DNA of 64,000 bases from Bacillota bacterium (GCA_963666425.2 OY762825.2:608001-672000), one strand, 5' to 3'. Positions 9,233 through 19,435 are shown, counted from the stretch's first letter. Made by a program: numbers and translations. Notes: generated by a model not told the origin, from the letters alone.

Positions 9233-9760
9233 ATGAAAGATATGATCCGTTACGCTGTTATCCTGGCTTTGATTGCCGCTTTTTCCGGAGGAGCCATTTC
9301 GGCAACGGTCGGCATTACCACGCCGATTACCCAGGCAAGAGAAGCGAAAGAATTACAGGAGAGCTTAACCACCCTGCTGCCGGAAGCAACCAGCTTCACC
9401 ACAAGCGAATCGGATGGTGAAACTTATTATGTCGGAGCAAAAGACGGCAAGACCGTCGGCTACCTGGTCAATGGCAACGCCAATGGTTATGGCGGCGCCA
9501 TCCGCGTTTTAGTTTCCTTCAACGCGGGCGGTACGGTCAAGCAAATTAAAATTCTCAGTCACAGTGAAACACCCGGCATCGGTTCCGTCGTGGTTGAAAG
9601 CACGGATTTTGCCGCTCAGTTTGTCGGCAAAGAAAAAACGGCTGCCTTTGAAGTCGGTAAAGATATCACAGCTATCAGCGGCGCCAGCCGTTCCAGCCGC
9701 GGGATCACCGGCGCTGTGAAGGATGCGGTGACTTTTTTAAACAAGAATGTGCTGCCGTAA
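9233..9760 (+). CDS. Membrane-anchored FMN-binding protein, RnfG-like
   Basis: N-terminal TM helix, GYGG.I, HSETPGIG and flavinylation motif ISGASRSS; AAGGAG RBS. Confidence 0.85.
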   Translation: MKDMIRYAVILALIAAFSGGAISATVGITTPITQAREAKELQESLTTLLPEATSFTTSESDGETYYVGAKDGKTVGYLVNGNANGYGGAIRVLVSFNAGGTVKQIKILSHSETPGIGSVVVESTDFAAQFVGKEKTAAFEVGKDITAISGASRSSRGITGAVKDAVTFLNKNVLP

Positions 9761-9775
9761 ATTCAGCAGTTGATG

Positions 9776-9826
9776 AAAAACAGCTCCCGGACAGGATTCG
9801 ATTCCTGCCTGGAAGCTGTTTTTTTA
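9776..9826. terminator. Bidirectional terminator between convergent genes
   Basis: AAAAACAGCT...CAGGA...TCCTG...AGCTGTTTTTT. Confidence 0.8.
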
Positions 9827-9831
9827 ATCTG

Positions 9832-11376
9832 TCAGGAGAGCGGTGCTGCGGCAGCACTGCTGCCAACCGGGAAAATTTCTACCCGATGCAATGGTCTCAG
9901 CGCATTCCAATCCTGCAAAAGAAAGAGTTTGACGGTTGCAGCTTCCATCGTATTCAGGAGCCGCTCGATGATCAGCGAACCTGCCGCATCCACCGTAGCT
10001 GCCTGGCAAGAAAATTCCGCCATTCTGCCGGAAGGCAAATAAGAAGCGAGCACCAGCTGCAGCGTATCACCGGCGCTCAGGTTATAGATTTCCGCTTTGA
10101 ATTCAATCCCGGCATCCTTTGTTTGCGCTGTACCGAAAACCGTCACGCCGAATAACTGCAGCAGTGTTTTTTCCAGATCGAGCAAGCCGCTGCCATAGGA
10201 TGTATCATAACCGGGCGCACCTAAATCTTGCGCCCCTTTGCTTAAGATGTCTGAAAATTCGCTCGGAGTCAGACCGGGATCGGCTTGTTTGGCTAAAGCC
10301 GCCAGGGCGGCAACCTGTGGTGCGGCAAAAGAAGTACCGGAATCGCTCGCCAGATAAGCATCGGAGCTGCCAGACCATAAACCACCGAGGCTTTCCCCCG
10401 GCGCCACCAGATCGAGCGCATCGTTTCTTTGCGAGAAATAAGAAACCTGTTTGGTTTTGCCCACAGAGCCGACAGAAATGACTCCGTCATAGGATGCGGG
10501 ATAAAAATAATCGGCAGTACCGCTGTTCCCCGCCGCCGCCACAATGATCACATCCTTACTCACTGCATAAGCGATTGCAGTTTGCAGAGACAGCATCGTG
10601 CCGGTGCTGCCAATGCTCAGATTCAGCACATCGCAATCAAAGACATCAACGGCGCCGTAGATGGCCTGCACGATTTGGGCAATTGTTGTGCTTTGATTGG
10701 TATCAAAGGTTTTTAAAGGAATCAGCGTCACATCAGGCGCGATGCCATCATAGCCCAAACCATTCTGATTCACGGCGCAAATCAAACCGCTGACAAACGT
10801 ACCATGACCGATGGTATCCGTGGTATTATTGTTGTTATCCAGATAATTCCATCCGGTTTCAATTTTGTTGTAATCCAAGTCCTGGTGTGCCGGATTGAGG
10901 CCGGAATCAATCACAGCCAGGCGCACACCGCTGCCGGTCAAGCCCAGTTCCCGGGTATGACCGAAATGGATCATCTCCAGATTCCAGGTGGACTCGGCCG
11001 CTGCCGGCAAATCCTCCAGGATGCTGACGTAATAATTCGGCTCCACAAAATCCAGATACTGCGCCGGAATCCATTGCTCAATCAATTCGAGTGAAGAAGC
11101 CAGGTAAAGACCGCTCCCTTCTGAGAGCTTCTCAAAATGCTCTGTGCTCACTGCCTGCGGCAGCAGCGAAGTCAGTTCCATTTCATCCTGCTTCAGGCTG
11201 AGCAGATATCCGTCATAGACCGGCGACGTGCCGATATTTTCGCTGGGTTCGGCGGCGATGGCCGTCGGTAAAATAAAACAGAGCAGCAGCCAAGCAATGA
11301 CAAAGACTGCTCTGATTGCCGGTTTACAGAGCAATTTACTGCAGCCCTCCCGATGATAGCAATTCCATTCCCTCAT
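9832..11376 (-). CDS. Secreted S8 subtilisin-like serine protease
   Basis: Signal peptide; triad VIDSG, GHGT, SGTSFAAP; oxyanion AAAGN; short C-terminal beta domain. Confidence 0.92.
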   Translation of the reverse strand: MREWNCYHREGCSKLLCKPAIRAVFVIAWLLLCFILPTAIAAEPSENIGTSPVYDGYLLSLKQDEMELTSLLPQAVSTEHFEKLSEGSGLYLASSLELIEQWIPAQYLDFVEPNYYVSILEDLPAAAESTWNLEMIHFGHTRELGLTGSGVRLAVIDSGLNPAHQDLDYNKIETGWNYLDNNNNTTDTIGHGTFVSGLICAVNQNGLGYDGIAPDVTLIPLKTFDTNQSTTIAQIVQAIYGAVDVFDCDVLNLSIGSTGTMLSLQTAIAYAVSKDVIIVAAAGNSGTADYFYPASYDGVISVGSVGKTKQVSYFSQRNDALDLVAPGESLGGLWSGSSDAYLASDSGTSFAAPQVAALAALAKQADPGLTPSEFSDILSKGAQDLGAPGYDTSYGSGLLDLEKTLLQLFGVTVFGTAQTKDAGIEFKAEIYNLSAGDTLQLVLASYLPSGRMAEFSCQAATVDAAGSLIIERLLNTMEAATVKLFLLQDWNALRPLHRVEIFPVGSSAAAAPLS

Positions 11377-11443
11377 GCTGATCCTTCCTCAACTGCGGCT
11401 TTTTTCTTTTTTCTGCTGCACCGGTGCAAACCGGCAGCGACAT

Positions 11444-12481
11444 TCAGCGCATCGTTTGCGCAATGCTGACCATATCCAGGAGTACGGTGGCTGCAGTACC
11501 GCTGGCTGAGGCGCCGTAACTGTAGTGCATTTGTTCACCTAAATGGCGGGTCTTTAAATACAAGCCTTTATCATGCCATTTGACAGCCGCCAAGGGATGT
11601 GAGAGCGCTATTCGCTCCGGTTCCACTCGGAGCTGCGCCTTGCCGTCCTGCCAGCGTACGCTGCCGATCAGACGCCAAGTTTCACCGGCGGCTGCCGCAG
11701 TCTGCAGATCCTGCCGCGTCAAGCCGGAAATCCCCTGCAGGGTCAGGTCAGCAAAACCGAGTGTGCTGCCCCAGAAGGTATTGGCCAAAATGATCGTCTT
11801 CATGGCTGTATCATAACCTTCGATATCATTCGTGGGATCCGCTTCGGCAAAGCCTCTTTGTTTTGCTTCGGCAATGGCACTGTCCCACTCTATCCCCTCT
11901 GCCATTCGCTCTAAAATAAACTGACTGGTTGCATTGAAGACACCGGACATTTCCAGCAATTCACCGTTGCGGCCCAAAAATTCCCCCATCTGCAGTACCG
12001 GCAGAGCGGCTCCGGCTGCCGCACCATAACGGATCTGCACGCCATAGTGTTTCGCTGCTGTCATTAATTCGCTCCAGGCCAGCACCAGAGGTGCTTTGTT
12101 GGCTGTCACAACCTGCTTATGCAGCGCCAAAGCCTGCCGGATATGGGTCAAACCCGGTTCTCCCGATGGCAAATGTGCCGGTGTGCATTCTACAATCAGA
12201 TCGGCGGGGCATAATTCAATCATTTCCAAGGCGGTCATACCTTTGACACCGAATTCGGGGTAAAAGGCAACCGAACCGGTATCCCACTTGATCACCGCCA
12301 GTTTGGCAGCCGGCAGCCCTTGCGCCGAGCAGGCGGCGCCTTGGCTGTCGGCGACTCCGACGATGAGAAAGCCAATACCATAATCATGCCACAAACGCTC
12401 GCGTTCCTCAACGAGCAGATTGAGCAATTGCTTGGTCACACTGCCAAAACCGGCAATGGCAATTTTCACGATTTTCTTCAT
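11444..12481 (-). CDS. hom: Homoserine dehydrogenase family protein (short form, no ACT domain)
   Basis: IAGFGSV, VVTANK, GFAEADPTNDIEGYDTAMK. Start ATG 12481 with GGGGGAGG RBS. Confidence 0.75.
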   Translation of the reverse strand: MKKIVKIAIAGFGSVTKQLLNLLVEERERLWHDYGIGFLIVGVADSQGAACSAQGLPAAKLAVIKWDTGSVAFYPEFGVKGMTALEMIELCPADLIVECTPAHLPSGEPGLTHIRQALALHKQVVTANKAPLVLAWSELMTAAKHYGVQIRYGAAAGAALPVLQMGEFLGRNGELLEMSGVFNATSQFILERMAEGIEWDSAIAEAKQRGFAEADPTNDIEGYDTAMKTIILANTFWGSTLGFADLTLQGISGLTRQDLQTAAAAGETWRLIGSVRWQDGKAQLRVEPERIALSHPLAAVKWHDKGLYLKTRHLGEQMHYSYGASASGTAATVLLDMVSIAQTMR

Positions 12482-12534
12482 TGTCTTCCCTCCCCCTGAT
12501 TGCTGCTGCACCTGTCTTTTGCTTCTTTTCTTTT

Positions 12535-12562
12535 GTTCTAGACGCTTTGCTGAGATTCCTTT
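12535..12562 (-). promoter_or_regulatory. sigmaH-type promoter for hom(-subtilase)
   Basis: AAAGGA-N18-GAAC on the minus strand. Confidence 0.55.
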
Positions 12563-12617
12563 CCCTGAGGGCAGCTGCTTTTTTTGAAGAAATCACTTTT
12601 TCGTTTTCTGCGGGAAT

Positions 12618-12645
12618 GCAGGAAAAAGCACTTCTGTAAACGAAA
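12618..12645 (+). promoter_or_regulatory. sigmaH-type promoter for S9C-PHP-pcp
   Basis: GCAGGAAAA...; AGGA-N18-GAAA. Confidence 0.6.
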
Positions 12646-12681
12646 CAAATAGCAAGATATTTTTTAGGAGGATGAGTTTAA

Positions 12682-14679
12682 ATGGAGATTGATAGCAGTA
12701 AGAAACGCCCCATCGAAATCAATGATCTTTTTAAAGTACATTGGGTCAGCGATCCTCAACTGTCTCCCGACGGAAGCAAAGTCTTATATGTGCAGAAACA
12801 ATGCCACCCCAGCGATAAAACCAAATACACCACTCAAATCTGGTGTGTTGCTGCCAGCGGCAGTGAACCACACTTAATGACCGGTGAAACCTCCGGCAAC
12901 AGCACGCCCCGTTGGTCGCCCGATGGAGAAACCATTGCCTTTAATTCCTCCCGTAATGTCAGCAATCAGATTTGGCTGCTGTCCGCCTTTGGCGGTGAAG
13001 CGCAGCAGCTGACCAAGTTCAGCCGCCCGCTTAGTTTAGTCGCCTGGTCACCGGACGGCAGCAAGCTCCTGGCTACCTGCAAAATCAAACCGGAAGATCT
13101 GGTGGAGAGCAAAGAAGAAAAAAGCGATGTCAAGGTGATCACCCGTCTGCATTATAAGATGAACGGTGTCGGTTATCATGAAGACCGCAATACCCAGCTC
13201 TATGTGATCGACGCGAAAACAGGCGAAGTCAAACAAATTACCGACGGCGCTTTTGACCACAATTCCGCAGCCTGGTCACCGGACGGCAAACAGATCGTCT
13301 TCGCTGCGAAACGCTATGACGATGCCGATTACGTCAGTTACAATGACCTCTACAGCGTGAGTCCCGAAGGCGGCGAAATCAAACAGCTGACTCATTCCAA
13401 CGGCAGTTTCTCCGAACCCAGCTTCAGTCATGACGGCAAGTGGATCGCTTATGTCGGTCATCAGAATGAATTCGGCAGCGCAACCATGGCAAAAATTTGG
13501 GTCATGCCTGCCGAGGGCGGCGAAGCAAAGATGATTTGTCAGAATTTCGATTACTCCGTCGGCGGCGGCATCGGTTCGGATATGACAGCCGGCAGCGAAG
13601 TCCGGCCTGCCTGGACTCTGGACGACAGCCGCATCCTTTTTGCCGCCACTACCGGTGCTGTGACGCGGATCTTTACGGTGGACACGAAAGGCAGTCGGCC
13701 GCAAGCCCTCACCACGGCAGAAAAAACCGTTTATGGTATGAGTTATCATGCCGGGCTCGGTTGTCTGGTGACCGCTTTGAACGAACCGAGCAATATGGGT
13801 GATCTCTATTATGCTTTGGAGTCTGGCGCAGGAGAAAAGCGCCTCACCGCTGTCAATCAAAACTGGAATGAGGAAGTTTGGATTTCTTTGCCGGAGCAGT
13901 ATGAATTTACTGCGGATAACGGCGTCAAGGTGGAAGGCTGGCTATTGAAACCCTATGGCTTTACCGAAGGCAAGCAATATCCGATGGTATTGGAAATTCA
14001 CGGCGGCCCTCATGTCACCTATGGTCTTGCCTTTAATCACGAAATGCAGTGCCTCTGCGGCTTGGGTTATGCCGTACTCTTTGTCAATCCGCAGGGTTCC
14101 ATGGGTTACGGTCAGATGTTCAATAACGCAACCTATCATGATTGGGGCGGTCAGGATTACCGCGATCTGATGCTGGCCATTGAACAAGCCCTGCAGAAAT
14201 GGCCTTGGCTGGATGCGGCGCGTTTAGGCGTCACCGGCGGTTCCTACGGTGGCTATATGACGAACTGGATGATCGGTCATACCGATATTTTCAAGGCTGC
14301 TGTGACCCAGCGTTCCACCAGCAACCGTTTTTCCATGTTCGGCACTTCCGATGTGGGCTACAACAATGGCTCCTTTGAATTTGACGGCAATCCCTGGGTC
14401 AATTATGAGCACTATTTGATGCACTCTCCGATTATGTATGTGGAAAACATCAAAACACCGCTCTTAATGCTGCATAGCGAAAACGATTATCGCTGCCCGA
14501 TCGAACAGGGAGAACAATTCTTTACGGCTTTAAAATGGTTAAAAAAAGAAGTGGTGCTCGTTCGCTTCCCCAATGAAAACCATGAACTCTCCCGTTCCGG
14601 TCAACCCAACCACCGGATTGAACGTTTGAAACACATGATGGGTTGGTTCACCAAATATATCGCTCCAAACCAGGTCTAA
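12682..14679 (+). CDS. S9C family peptidase, paralog 2
   Basis: WSPDG repeats, HGGP, GGSYGG, DYRC, HELSRSG; AGGAGG RBS. Confidence 0.92.
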   Translation: MEIDSSKKRPIEINDLFKVHWVSDPQLSPDGSKVLYVQKQCHPSDKTKYTTQIWCVAASGSEPHLMTGETSGNSTPRWSPDGETIAFNSSRNVSNQIWLLSAFGGEAQQLTKFSRPLSLVAWSPDGSKLLATCKIKPEDLVESKEEKSDVKVITRLHYKMNGVGYHEDRNTQLYVIDAKTGEVKQITDGAFDHNSAAWSPDGKQIVFAAKRYDDADYVSYNDLYSVSPEGGEIKQLTHSNGSFSEPSFSHDGKWIAYVGHQNEFGSATMAKIWVMPAEGGEAKMICQNFDYSVGGGIGSDMTAGSEVRPAWTLDDSRILFAATTGAVTRIFTVDTKGSRPQALTTAEKTVYGMSYHAGLGCLVTALNEPSNMGDLYYALESGAGEKRLTAVNQNWNEEVWISLPEQYEFTADNGVKVEGWLLKPYGFTEGKQYPMVLEIHGGPHVTYGLAFNHEMQCLCGLGYAVLFVNPQGSMGYGQMFNNATYHDWGGQDYRDLMLAIEQALQKWPWLDAARLGVTGGSYGGYMTNWMIGHTDIFKAAVTQRSTSNRFSMFGTSDVGYNNGSFEFDGNPWVNYEHYLMHSPIMYVENIKTPLLMLHSENDYRCPIEQGEQFFTALKWLKKEVVLVRFPNENHELSRSGQPNHRIERLKHMMGWFTKYIAPNQV

Positions 14680-14740
14680 AAACCGGTGCTTGCTGCTGCT
14701 GGTTCAAAGGCTGCGGCAGCAGCCGGAAGGAGGTTTCCCT

Positions 14741-15634
14741 TTGCAGTCAAATGAGAAATACTATATTGACCTGCATTGTCACAGCACAGCTTCGGACGGT
14801 ACTGATACACCCAGCCGCTTGCTGGAGCATGCCGCCAAAAATCGCGTCGACGTGCTGGCACTGACGGACCACGATACCATTGACGGTCTGGCGGAAGCAA
14901 AACTGGCAGCCGACCGGCTGGGGATCCGCTTTATCCCGGGTGTCGAGATCAGTGCTTGTTTTGCTGCGGGGGAAATGCACATCTTGGGGATTGGCCTGCA
15001 GGATACAGTGCAGCTGCGGACGTTCCTGCAGCAGATGGTCAAGAACCGGGATGCGCGCAATTTGGAAATCCTGGCGAAATTGAACCGGGAGGGATTCCGG
15101 ATCACGTTGGCAGAAGTGGAAGCGATCGCCAAAGGGCGGATCGTTTCGCGCCCGCATATGGCGACCGCTCTCTTAGCCAGAGGGTATGTCTCCAGCCGTC
15201 AGGAAGCTTTTGATCTCTATTTAGCGAACGGTGCCAAATGTTATGTGCAGCGCGACTCTCCTACGCCGGCTGAAGGCATCACCGCCATTCTGGCAGCCGG
15301 CGGCGTGCCGGTACTGGCGCACCCCATTCAATTGGGTTTAAGCCGCAAAGCACTGCGTCAGACGCTGCTCTCTTTGCAGACTGCCGGTCTGCAAGGCATG
15401 GAAGTTTGGCACAGCGATCAGAACGGCGCAGTCCAGCACGATTTTTTAGAGTTGGCAGAAGACTTGCATCTGCTGCCTAGCGGAGGTTCCGATTATCACG
15501 GCAGCAACAAACCGCATGTCGCCATTGCCCGTGGTATTGACAAGAATATTTCGATCACCGATCATGCGATTGTAGAACGCCTGCTGCAGCAAGCCGGTAT
15601 GAATCAAAGAAAAGATATAGAGGAGGTTTCTTGA
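14741..15634 (+). CDS. PHP-domain metal-dependent phosphoesterase (TrpH/YciV-like)
   Basis: DLHCHSTASDG, LTDHD, PGVEIS, RPH, LAHP, GGSDYHG. TTG start at 14741 after AGGAGGT. Confidence 0.88.
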   Translation: MQSNEKYYIDLHCHSTASDGTDTPSRLLEHAAKNRVDVLALTDHDTIDGLAEAKLAADRLGIRFIPGVEISACFAAGEMHILGIGLQDTVQLRTFLQQMVKNRDARNLEILAKLNREGFRITLAEVEAIAKGRIVSRPHMATALLARGYVSSRQEAFDLYLANGAKCYVQRDSPTPAEGITAILAAGGVPVLAHPIQLGLSRKALRQTLLSLQTAGLQGMEVWHSDQNGAVQHDFLELAEDLHLLPSGGSDYHGSNKPHVAIARGIDKNISITDHAIVERLLQQAGMNQRKDIEEVS

Positions 15635-16284
15635 TGAAAAAAGTACTGTTAACCGGTTTCCAACCTTTTGGCGGTGAAATGGTCAATCCAGCCTGGGTAG
15701 CAGTCCAGGAAATGACCGGTAAGGTCATTCTGGATCATGAAATTGTGACCGGCGAAATTCCGGTGGTTCGCTACGCCGCTTTAATCGCCACAGAAAGGCT
15801 GATCGAACATTATCAGCCGGAGATTGTGATCAATGTCGGTCAAGCCGGCGGTGCTTTGGTAATGCGGGTTGAACGAATCGGCGTCAATTGTGACGATTAT
15901 TCCATCCCGGACAATGCCGGCAATCAACCAATGGGAGAAGCAGTCGTTCCGGATGGCCCAGCCGCTTATTTTGTGACGCTGCCCATCAAAGCCATGGTAA
16001 AAGCAATGAACAGCGCCGATATTCCTGCCGAAGTCTCCAACTCCGCCGGGACTTATCTCTGCAATCATGTTTGTTACGGCGTCTCCCATCTGACCGCCAC
16101 GAAGTACCCTGAGATCCTCAGCGGATTCATCCACATCCCTTTCCTGCCGGAACAGGCTGCCGGAAAAAGAGGGCGTCCCAGTATGGCTTCAGCCACTGTC
16201 GTCAGCGGTCTGGAAGCAGCCGTTACCGCAGCCATTCGCTACCGCAAGGGTGATATCAATGCCGAAGGCGGCGCGCTGCATTAA
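15634..16284 (+). CDS. pcp: Pyroglutamyl-peptidase I (C15)
   Basis: LLTGFQPFGGE.VNP, VGQAGG, VER, SAGTYLCN (catalytic Cys), GFIHIP; TGATG overlap with the PHP gene. Confidence 0.95.
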   Translation: MKKVLLTGFQPFGGEMVNPAWVAVQEMTGKVILDHEIVTGEIPVVRYAALIATERLIEHYQPEIVINVGQAGGALVMRVERIGVNCDDYSIPDNAGNQPMGEAVVPDGPAAYFVTLPIKAMVKAMNSADIPAEVSNSAGTYLCNHVCYGVSHLTATKYPEILSGFIHIPFLPEQAAGKRGRPSMASATVVSGLEAAVTAAIRYRKGDINAEGGALH

Positions 16285-16349
16285 GATCAATCGTTGCTGG
16301 CAAAACTGCCATTTATGTTGATTCATAATAAAAAGTCCGTGCCGATTTT

Positions 16350-16850
16350 TCAATTGGCGCGGATTTTTCTATTCTTTTTAAACAACCAGAGAAAAAACAG
16401 AGTGAGATAGATTCCTAAAACACAGCCGGACCAATCCAGCAGCAAATCACTGATTTGAAAGGCTCTGCCCGCGACAAACAACTGATGAATTTCATCGCTG
16501 AGTGCATAACCGCAGCTGAGCAGAATCGCTTGCCACAGCGGATGTACCGCTTGACTCTGCGTCAACGCAAGCTTGACCAGACAGCCCAGGACGAAAAACA
16601 AACCAAAATGAGCGGCTTGACGAACAAGACTTTCATAAAATTCAAGCGTTTGTTGGCTTGGCGTTTGACCGAAAAAGCGCAGCAACCGCTCGGTAACGCT
16701 TAAGCTGGTTGCTGCCGAGACCGGAGCCGCTGCCTGGGAAAAAGAAAAGATCAGCAGCATCCAGGCGATGACAGCCAACCAGCTGAGCAGACGGTAAATC
16801 CCGCGTCTGTCCCGCCTTTGACGCAAACCGGAATGATTCTCCTGCTGCAC
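16350..16850 (-). CDS. VanZ-like membrane protein
   Basis: WMLLIFSFS, VRQAAHF, YALSDEIHQLFVAGR...D.LLD. Confidence 0.85.
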   Translation of the reverse strand: MQQENHSGLRQRRDRRGIYRLLSWLAVIAWMLLIFSFSQAAAPVSAATSLSVTERLLRFFGQTPSQQTLEFYESLVRQAAHFGLFFVLGCLVKLALTQSQAVHPLWQAILLSCGYALSDEIHQLFVAGRAFQISDLLLDWSGCVLGIYLTLFFLWLFKKNRKIRAN

Positions 16851-16873
16851 TTAAATTTCCCCCTTCTGCCGGC

Positions 16874-18094
16874 TTATGCCAACGGCGCCAGACTGTCTTC
16901 TTTGCGAAATTGCATCAGATTATAAACACATAAACCAGTCGCCAAGAGAAAAGCCAGGGAAGCTGCAATAAATGGCAGCTTAGGGTTGGAAGCAAAAACC
17001 AAACCGGAAAACAAGGGTCCGGTACACATACCCAGCGCTTTGGCTGCATTGAAGACACCGGAGATCTCACCTTTGCTGCTGCTGCTGTTGCGGACAACGA
17101 GCGCCTGCTGGATGGGGACGTAAATGGCATTGAAGATATAAAAGATCAGTGCAGAAGCCAGGAAAAACACTTGGTCTTGCGCAATCACCAGGAAGATTAA
17201 AGAAACCCCGCACATAGCGATGACCGGAATGATCGATTTGCGGCTGTCCGTATGCCGGGTAATCCAGATATTGATGGTCAAATTGGCCGTTAAAGCAATA
17301 ATACCGACCACAGCTTTAAAAATTCCGTTATAGGAAGGCGGAAAATTCAACTGCGCTTTTAAGAAGTAATTAAACGATTGATCCTGCGCATTGGTAGCAA
17401 AACTCGTGATGAAAACGATGACTAAAAACATCATCATAGAACCGGTAACCAGATGAGACGAACGAATGATATTGCTGATCGGATTAACCTCGGCAAGTGA
17501 TAAACGCTTTTTAGAAAAGACTGTTTGAATCTCTCCAACAAAGGCTGAACTGACCAGGACCGTCAGCAGCAAACCCGCAACCTGAAGATAGAAAACAATC
17601 CGCAAATTACCTCCCCAGGAGGCTAACGCGAGATCACCCAGAAAACCGCCGATTAAATAACCGATGGCCGAGCCGACAGAGGCCAAAGCGGCAAAGATCG
17701 CCATATACTGCCCCTTGGCTGCATTGCCTTTCGCGGCGGTAGCCAAATAAGCCATCACGCTGACAGCCTGCCCCGACATAAAAGTACCGGCGATGAAACG
17801 CCCGATCAGAACGGTGGCGGGACCGTTGGCCTGTCCAAATACAAATTGACCGGCCGCATAACCTACACAGGCGATTCCCATCGCTTTGACATAGCCGTAA
17901 TTGTCACCGAAACGTCCCCAAAAGGCTGCCATCAGAAAATTCGCCAGTGCCATCGTAGCAAAAGCAAGTCCGAACATATAATCCGGACAATTAATTTTTT
18001 GCAGGAACGTAGGTGTGATCGGGTGAGCAAAATTGGCTACGATACAGATCATAAAGTAGTATGCTAAGAGTCGAAAAACAGATGCCTTACGCAA
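16874..18094 (-). CDS. MFS transporter (DHA1-like)
   Basis: About 12 hydrophobic segments, motif A WGRFGDNYG, motif C-like G..IGG.LG. TTG start at 18094 after GGAGGT; upstream TTGACT-N17-CACAAT. Confidence 0.85.
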   Translation of the reverse strand: MRKASVFRLLAYYFMICIVANFAHPITPTFLQKINCPDYMFGLAFATMALANFLMAAFWGRFGDNYGYVKAMGIACVGYAAGQFVFGQANGPATVLIGRFIAGTFMSGQAVSVMAYLATAAKGNAAKGQYMAIFAALASVGSAIGYLIGGFLGDLALASWGGNLRIVFYLQVAGLLLTVLVSSAFVGEIQTVFSKKRLSLAEVNPISNIIRSSHLVTGSMMMFLVIVFITSFATNAQDQSFNYFLKAQLNFPPSYNGIFKAVVGIIALTANLTINIWITRHTDSRKSIIPVIAMCGVSLIFLVIAQDQVFFLASALIFYIFNAIYVPIQQALVVRNSSSSKGEISGVFNAAKALGMCTGPLFSGLVFASNPKLPFIAASLAFLLATGLCVYNLMQFRKEDSLAPLA

Positions 18095-18280
18095 AGAGAA
18101 AACCTCCCAGATTGCCTTATTGGTCATTGAGTCGTCTACCGAATGCAATGAATTGTGCAGCTTTGTTTCTGCGAAGTCAAGTGCAGAGGGCAAACCTACT
18201 TCTTGTCGTGCAATTTGACAGAATAAAGCACTGACAGCCGGCAGAAAAAGCATGGGCTAAGCCTGATCTACACGCTTTTC

Positions 18281-19435
18281 TCATTGCAGTTCGATACAGC
18301 AAAGCCCTTGTGCACCTCGCAGATTTTGTCGTTTTTTCATCTGCGGTAAGCAGGTATGATAGACCGCCTGCAGCTGCCAGCCCGCTGCGATGGCTAACTC
18401 AGCCAGGATTTCATCCAGCCAGCGGCTGTTGACGCGGCGTTCCGCCACAGCCCAAACATTGCGCGCACCAACTTTGCAGAACCGTCGCTGTTCCTGTAAA
18501 ACTCGTGTCATATAAGCGGACCACTCCGGCATGGTATATAAACGGGGTAACCGCGCCGTAAAGTCTTCTTCCGAAAAACCGTTCAGCCATAAGCGCAGCC
18601 AATTCTCATCGACATACTGCAGGGTATTCAGAAAGGGCGGTGAGGTGAACTGCAGATCCACACTGTGGTCCGGGATAGCCGCCAAATGGGCGGCGTCGGC
18701 AACCAGACAGCACCCTGCTGCTGCATTTGGTGCCGCCTTGTCCTGTAAATAAAACGCGCTGCGCTGCCGGAGCAGGTCGGTGATCTGCATTTCCCGGTTG
18801 TAATCGATCTGATTTTTCTGATTAAGCCTTTTTTGCTGCTCCGGCCGCGTGGCGTAACCGGCAGGCAGCGTCGGAAAGGAAAAATAGTGCGCATCACTGC
18901 CGAGCAGCCGTTCGGTCAGCACAAAGCGCAGCCAGCGATCGATGGAATCCAAGCTGCCTGTCTGCTGCCGCATCAGGAGATATTGCCGCATGGAGAGCAG
19001 CTGCCGCAGAATTTGAGGAGAAAAATAAGCGAGCAGATCCTGTCTTGATGCCTCATCGATCCATACGGGGGTATCAAAGGGAATTTCACGCAGACGCTGT
19101 TCAATTGCTTGTAAATCAGGCGGCTGCAACCGCGCTTCGGCTAAGATCGGCATCAATGGATTTAAGTCATTCAAAAAAAAGCTGCGGCCCTGGCGCGCCG
19201 CCTCAATCCCGGTGGTACCGCGCCCGGCAAAGACATCACAGACCAATTCGCCCTCTTTTGTTTTTTCGTGAATGAACCAGGCGGCGATCTGACTGTGCAG
19301 ACCGGCAAGGTAGGCAACCTGATGAATGATCGCTTCTTCTCTGCCTACCGCCGGAAAAATCAACTCCCAAGAGGGTAAATCCGCTGCATAACCATGCGAT
19401 TGACCTTGATAAGGCTCCGCTTGTAGATATTCCAT
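18281..19435 (-). CDS. Orphan amino-methyltransferase (N4-C/N6-A DNA methylase-like)
   Basis: SAM-binding DVFAGRGTT, NDLNP, catalytic TSPPF. ATG at 19435 with GAGGAG RBS. Confidence 0.8.
   Translation of the reverse strand: MEYLQAEPYQGQSHGYAADLPSWELIFPAVGREEAIIHQVAYLAGLHSQIAAWFIHEKTKEGELVCDVFAGRGTTGIEAARQGRSFFLNDLNPLMPILAEARLQPPDLQAIEQRLREIPFDTPVWIDEASRQDLLAYFSPQILRQLLSMRQYLLMRQQTGSLDSIDRWLRFVLTERLLGSDAHYFSFPTLPAGYATRPEQQKRLNQKNQIDYNREMQITDLLRQRSAFYLQDKAAPNAAAGCCLVADAAHLAAIPDHSVDLQFTSPPFLNTLQYVDENWLRLWLNGFSEEDFTARLPRLYTMPEWSAYMTRVLQEQRRFCKVGARNVWAVAERRVNSRWLDEILAELAIAAGWQLQAVYHTCLPQMKKRQNLRGAQGLCCIELQ

Noticed and set aside
16350-16850. vanZ as evidence of glycopeptide resistance
   Set aside because: VanZ-like proteins are widespread and no vanHAX or vanRS genes are present.
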